The position numbers and the translations under genes were made by a program. From Chiloscyllium plagiosum (lineage: Eukaryota), in NCBI RefSeq assembly GCF_004010195.1, contig NC_057713.1, positions 41,449,081 to 41,513,080 of the forward strand: a DNA stretch of 64,000 nt, given 5' to 3'. The notes under the pieces were generated by a model that saw only the letters and a program-made list of their open reading frames with translations, did no database searches and was not told the DNA's origin. How positions within the stretch are numbered: position 1 is the first letter of the stretch; every line of letters starts with the position of its first letter. This document shows, piece by piece, positions 62,992 to 64,000 of the stretch.

Positions 62992-64000
62992 TATCTATGG
63001 TGGCAGTTAAATTGAGCATAACTCTAAAATGAGAATCATGGTGATATCCTGGCATTCTGGGTACACGGCTTTGCATAGTAATTTAGGCAAGGAAACCTGA
63101 TTCATATCCTGTATGATTTTCATTTGAATGATGTAAATTGGCCACAAACAGATTATGCTGTATGTTTCTGTTTCTGCACCCAGGAACATCAATCATGAAA
63201 TTTAACCTGCTATTATTCCACGCTTTGAAACTTCTGTTTTTTGAAAAGCCACTGAATGAAGTTTTTAATGTTAACAGTTTCCAGAAAGTATCATTACCTT
63301 TGGTCCTGTTGCCTGGAAATATTAAAACATGACTTCATTTGGCACGACCACAGACAATTTGTGTAATTTTTCCTCCACCTTATTAATGAACAGAAATAGA
63401 ATGTTTTGGAGTCTTACTGTTGAGCTTAGATTTAGATCTCATTTTATCAGTTGAAGGAGCCTGACTCTTTAAGATTATGCTTTTATTACCAGCTTGAAAC
63501 CAGTTTATTATTTAGAACTTTGGTGTGGCTTTGAAACCATTGTTATCCAATATTACAATTCAGAGTAAAAGTTGGCTCACAGTTTATATTTGCAGCAATA
63601 ATAATCACATCAATTGTCACATCTTAGAAGTGACAATTTTCACTCAGACATATAGATCATAGTTGAAAGATGTTAAGGCCAGATTAATTCCTGTGCAACA
63701 GTCCACATAGATGATCTTTTAAGAATTTTGTTTTAATACTCTGCTTCTTCATATTTTTATTTCTGAAAGGAAAATAGATTTACAGATAGCAATGCAATTA
63801 ACCCTTCAAAGTTTAGTATTGACTCCAATGAATCGAGCAATAGCCTTCCCTTTATGAAAATGAAATCCAATATTAGGGGCACACCAAAGGAAAATAAAAA
63901 AGATCAAAGTTGGTATATTACAAGTCTGCTGTAGGTGCCACAGCACCTTAGCTTAGGGAGCACATTATCTTAATTAAACATAACAAACTGTGGATGCTGG

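Overview
This is AT-rich vertebrate genomic DNA, almost certainly from a shark or other elasmobranch, judged by HE1-like tRNA SINEs, HER1/CR1-type LINEs with (TTCTATG/CTCTATG)n tails and a DeuSINE-like remnant. It looks intronic or intergenic. I found no recognisable host protein-coding gene, and the ORFs I can interpret are transposon fragments or low-complexity artefacts. About half the window is nested mobile DNA: CR1 LINEs of several ages, a second CR1/L2-group LINE, L2, Rex/Babar, SINEs, a solo LTR, a Gypsy gag remnant, MITE-like relics and many Penelope-like element (PLE) pieces. The most striking pattern is the PLE terminal repeats (pLTRs). At least three families carry a minimal hammerhead ribozyme core (CUGAnGA-A-stem II-GAAA-palindromic stem III). 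About ten occur as ~95-240 bp units flanked by target-site duplications (TSDs), mostly fold-back palindromes with a reproducible long-arm/short-arm asymmetry and a junction at or near the ribozyme. Also present are a decayed tRNA-Ala(AGC) copy, several local duplications, a dimeric minisatellite and two candidate minus-strand exons. All family names and boundaries were read by eye and are approximate.
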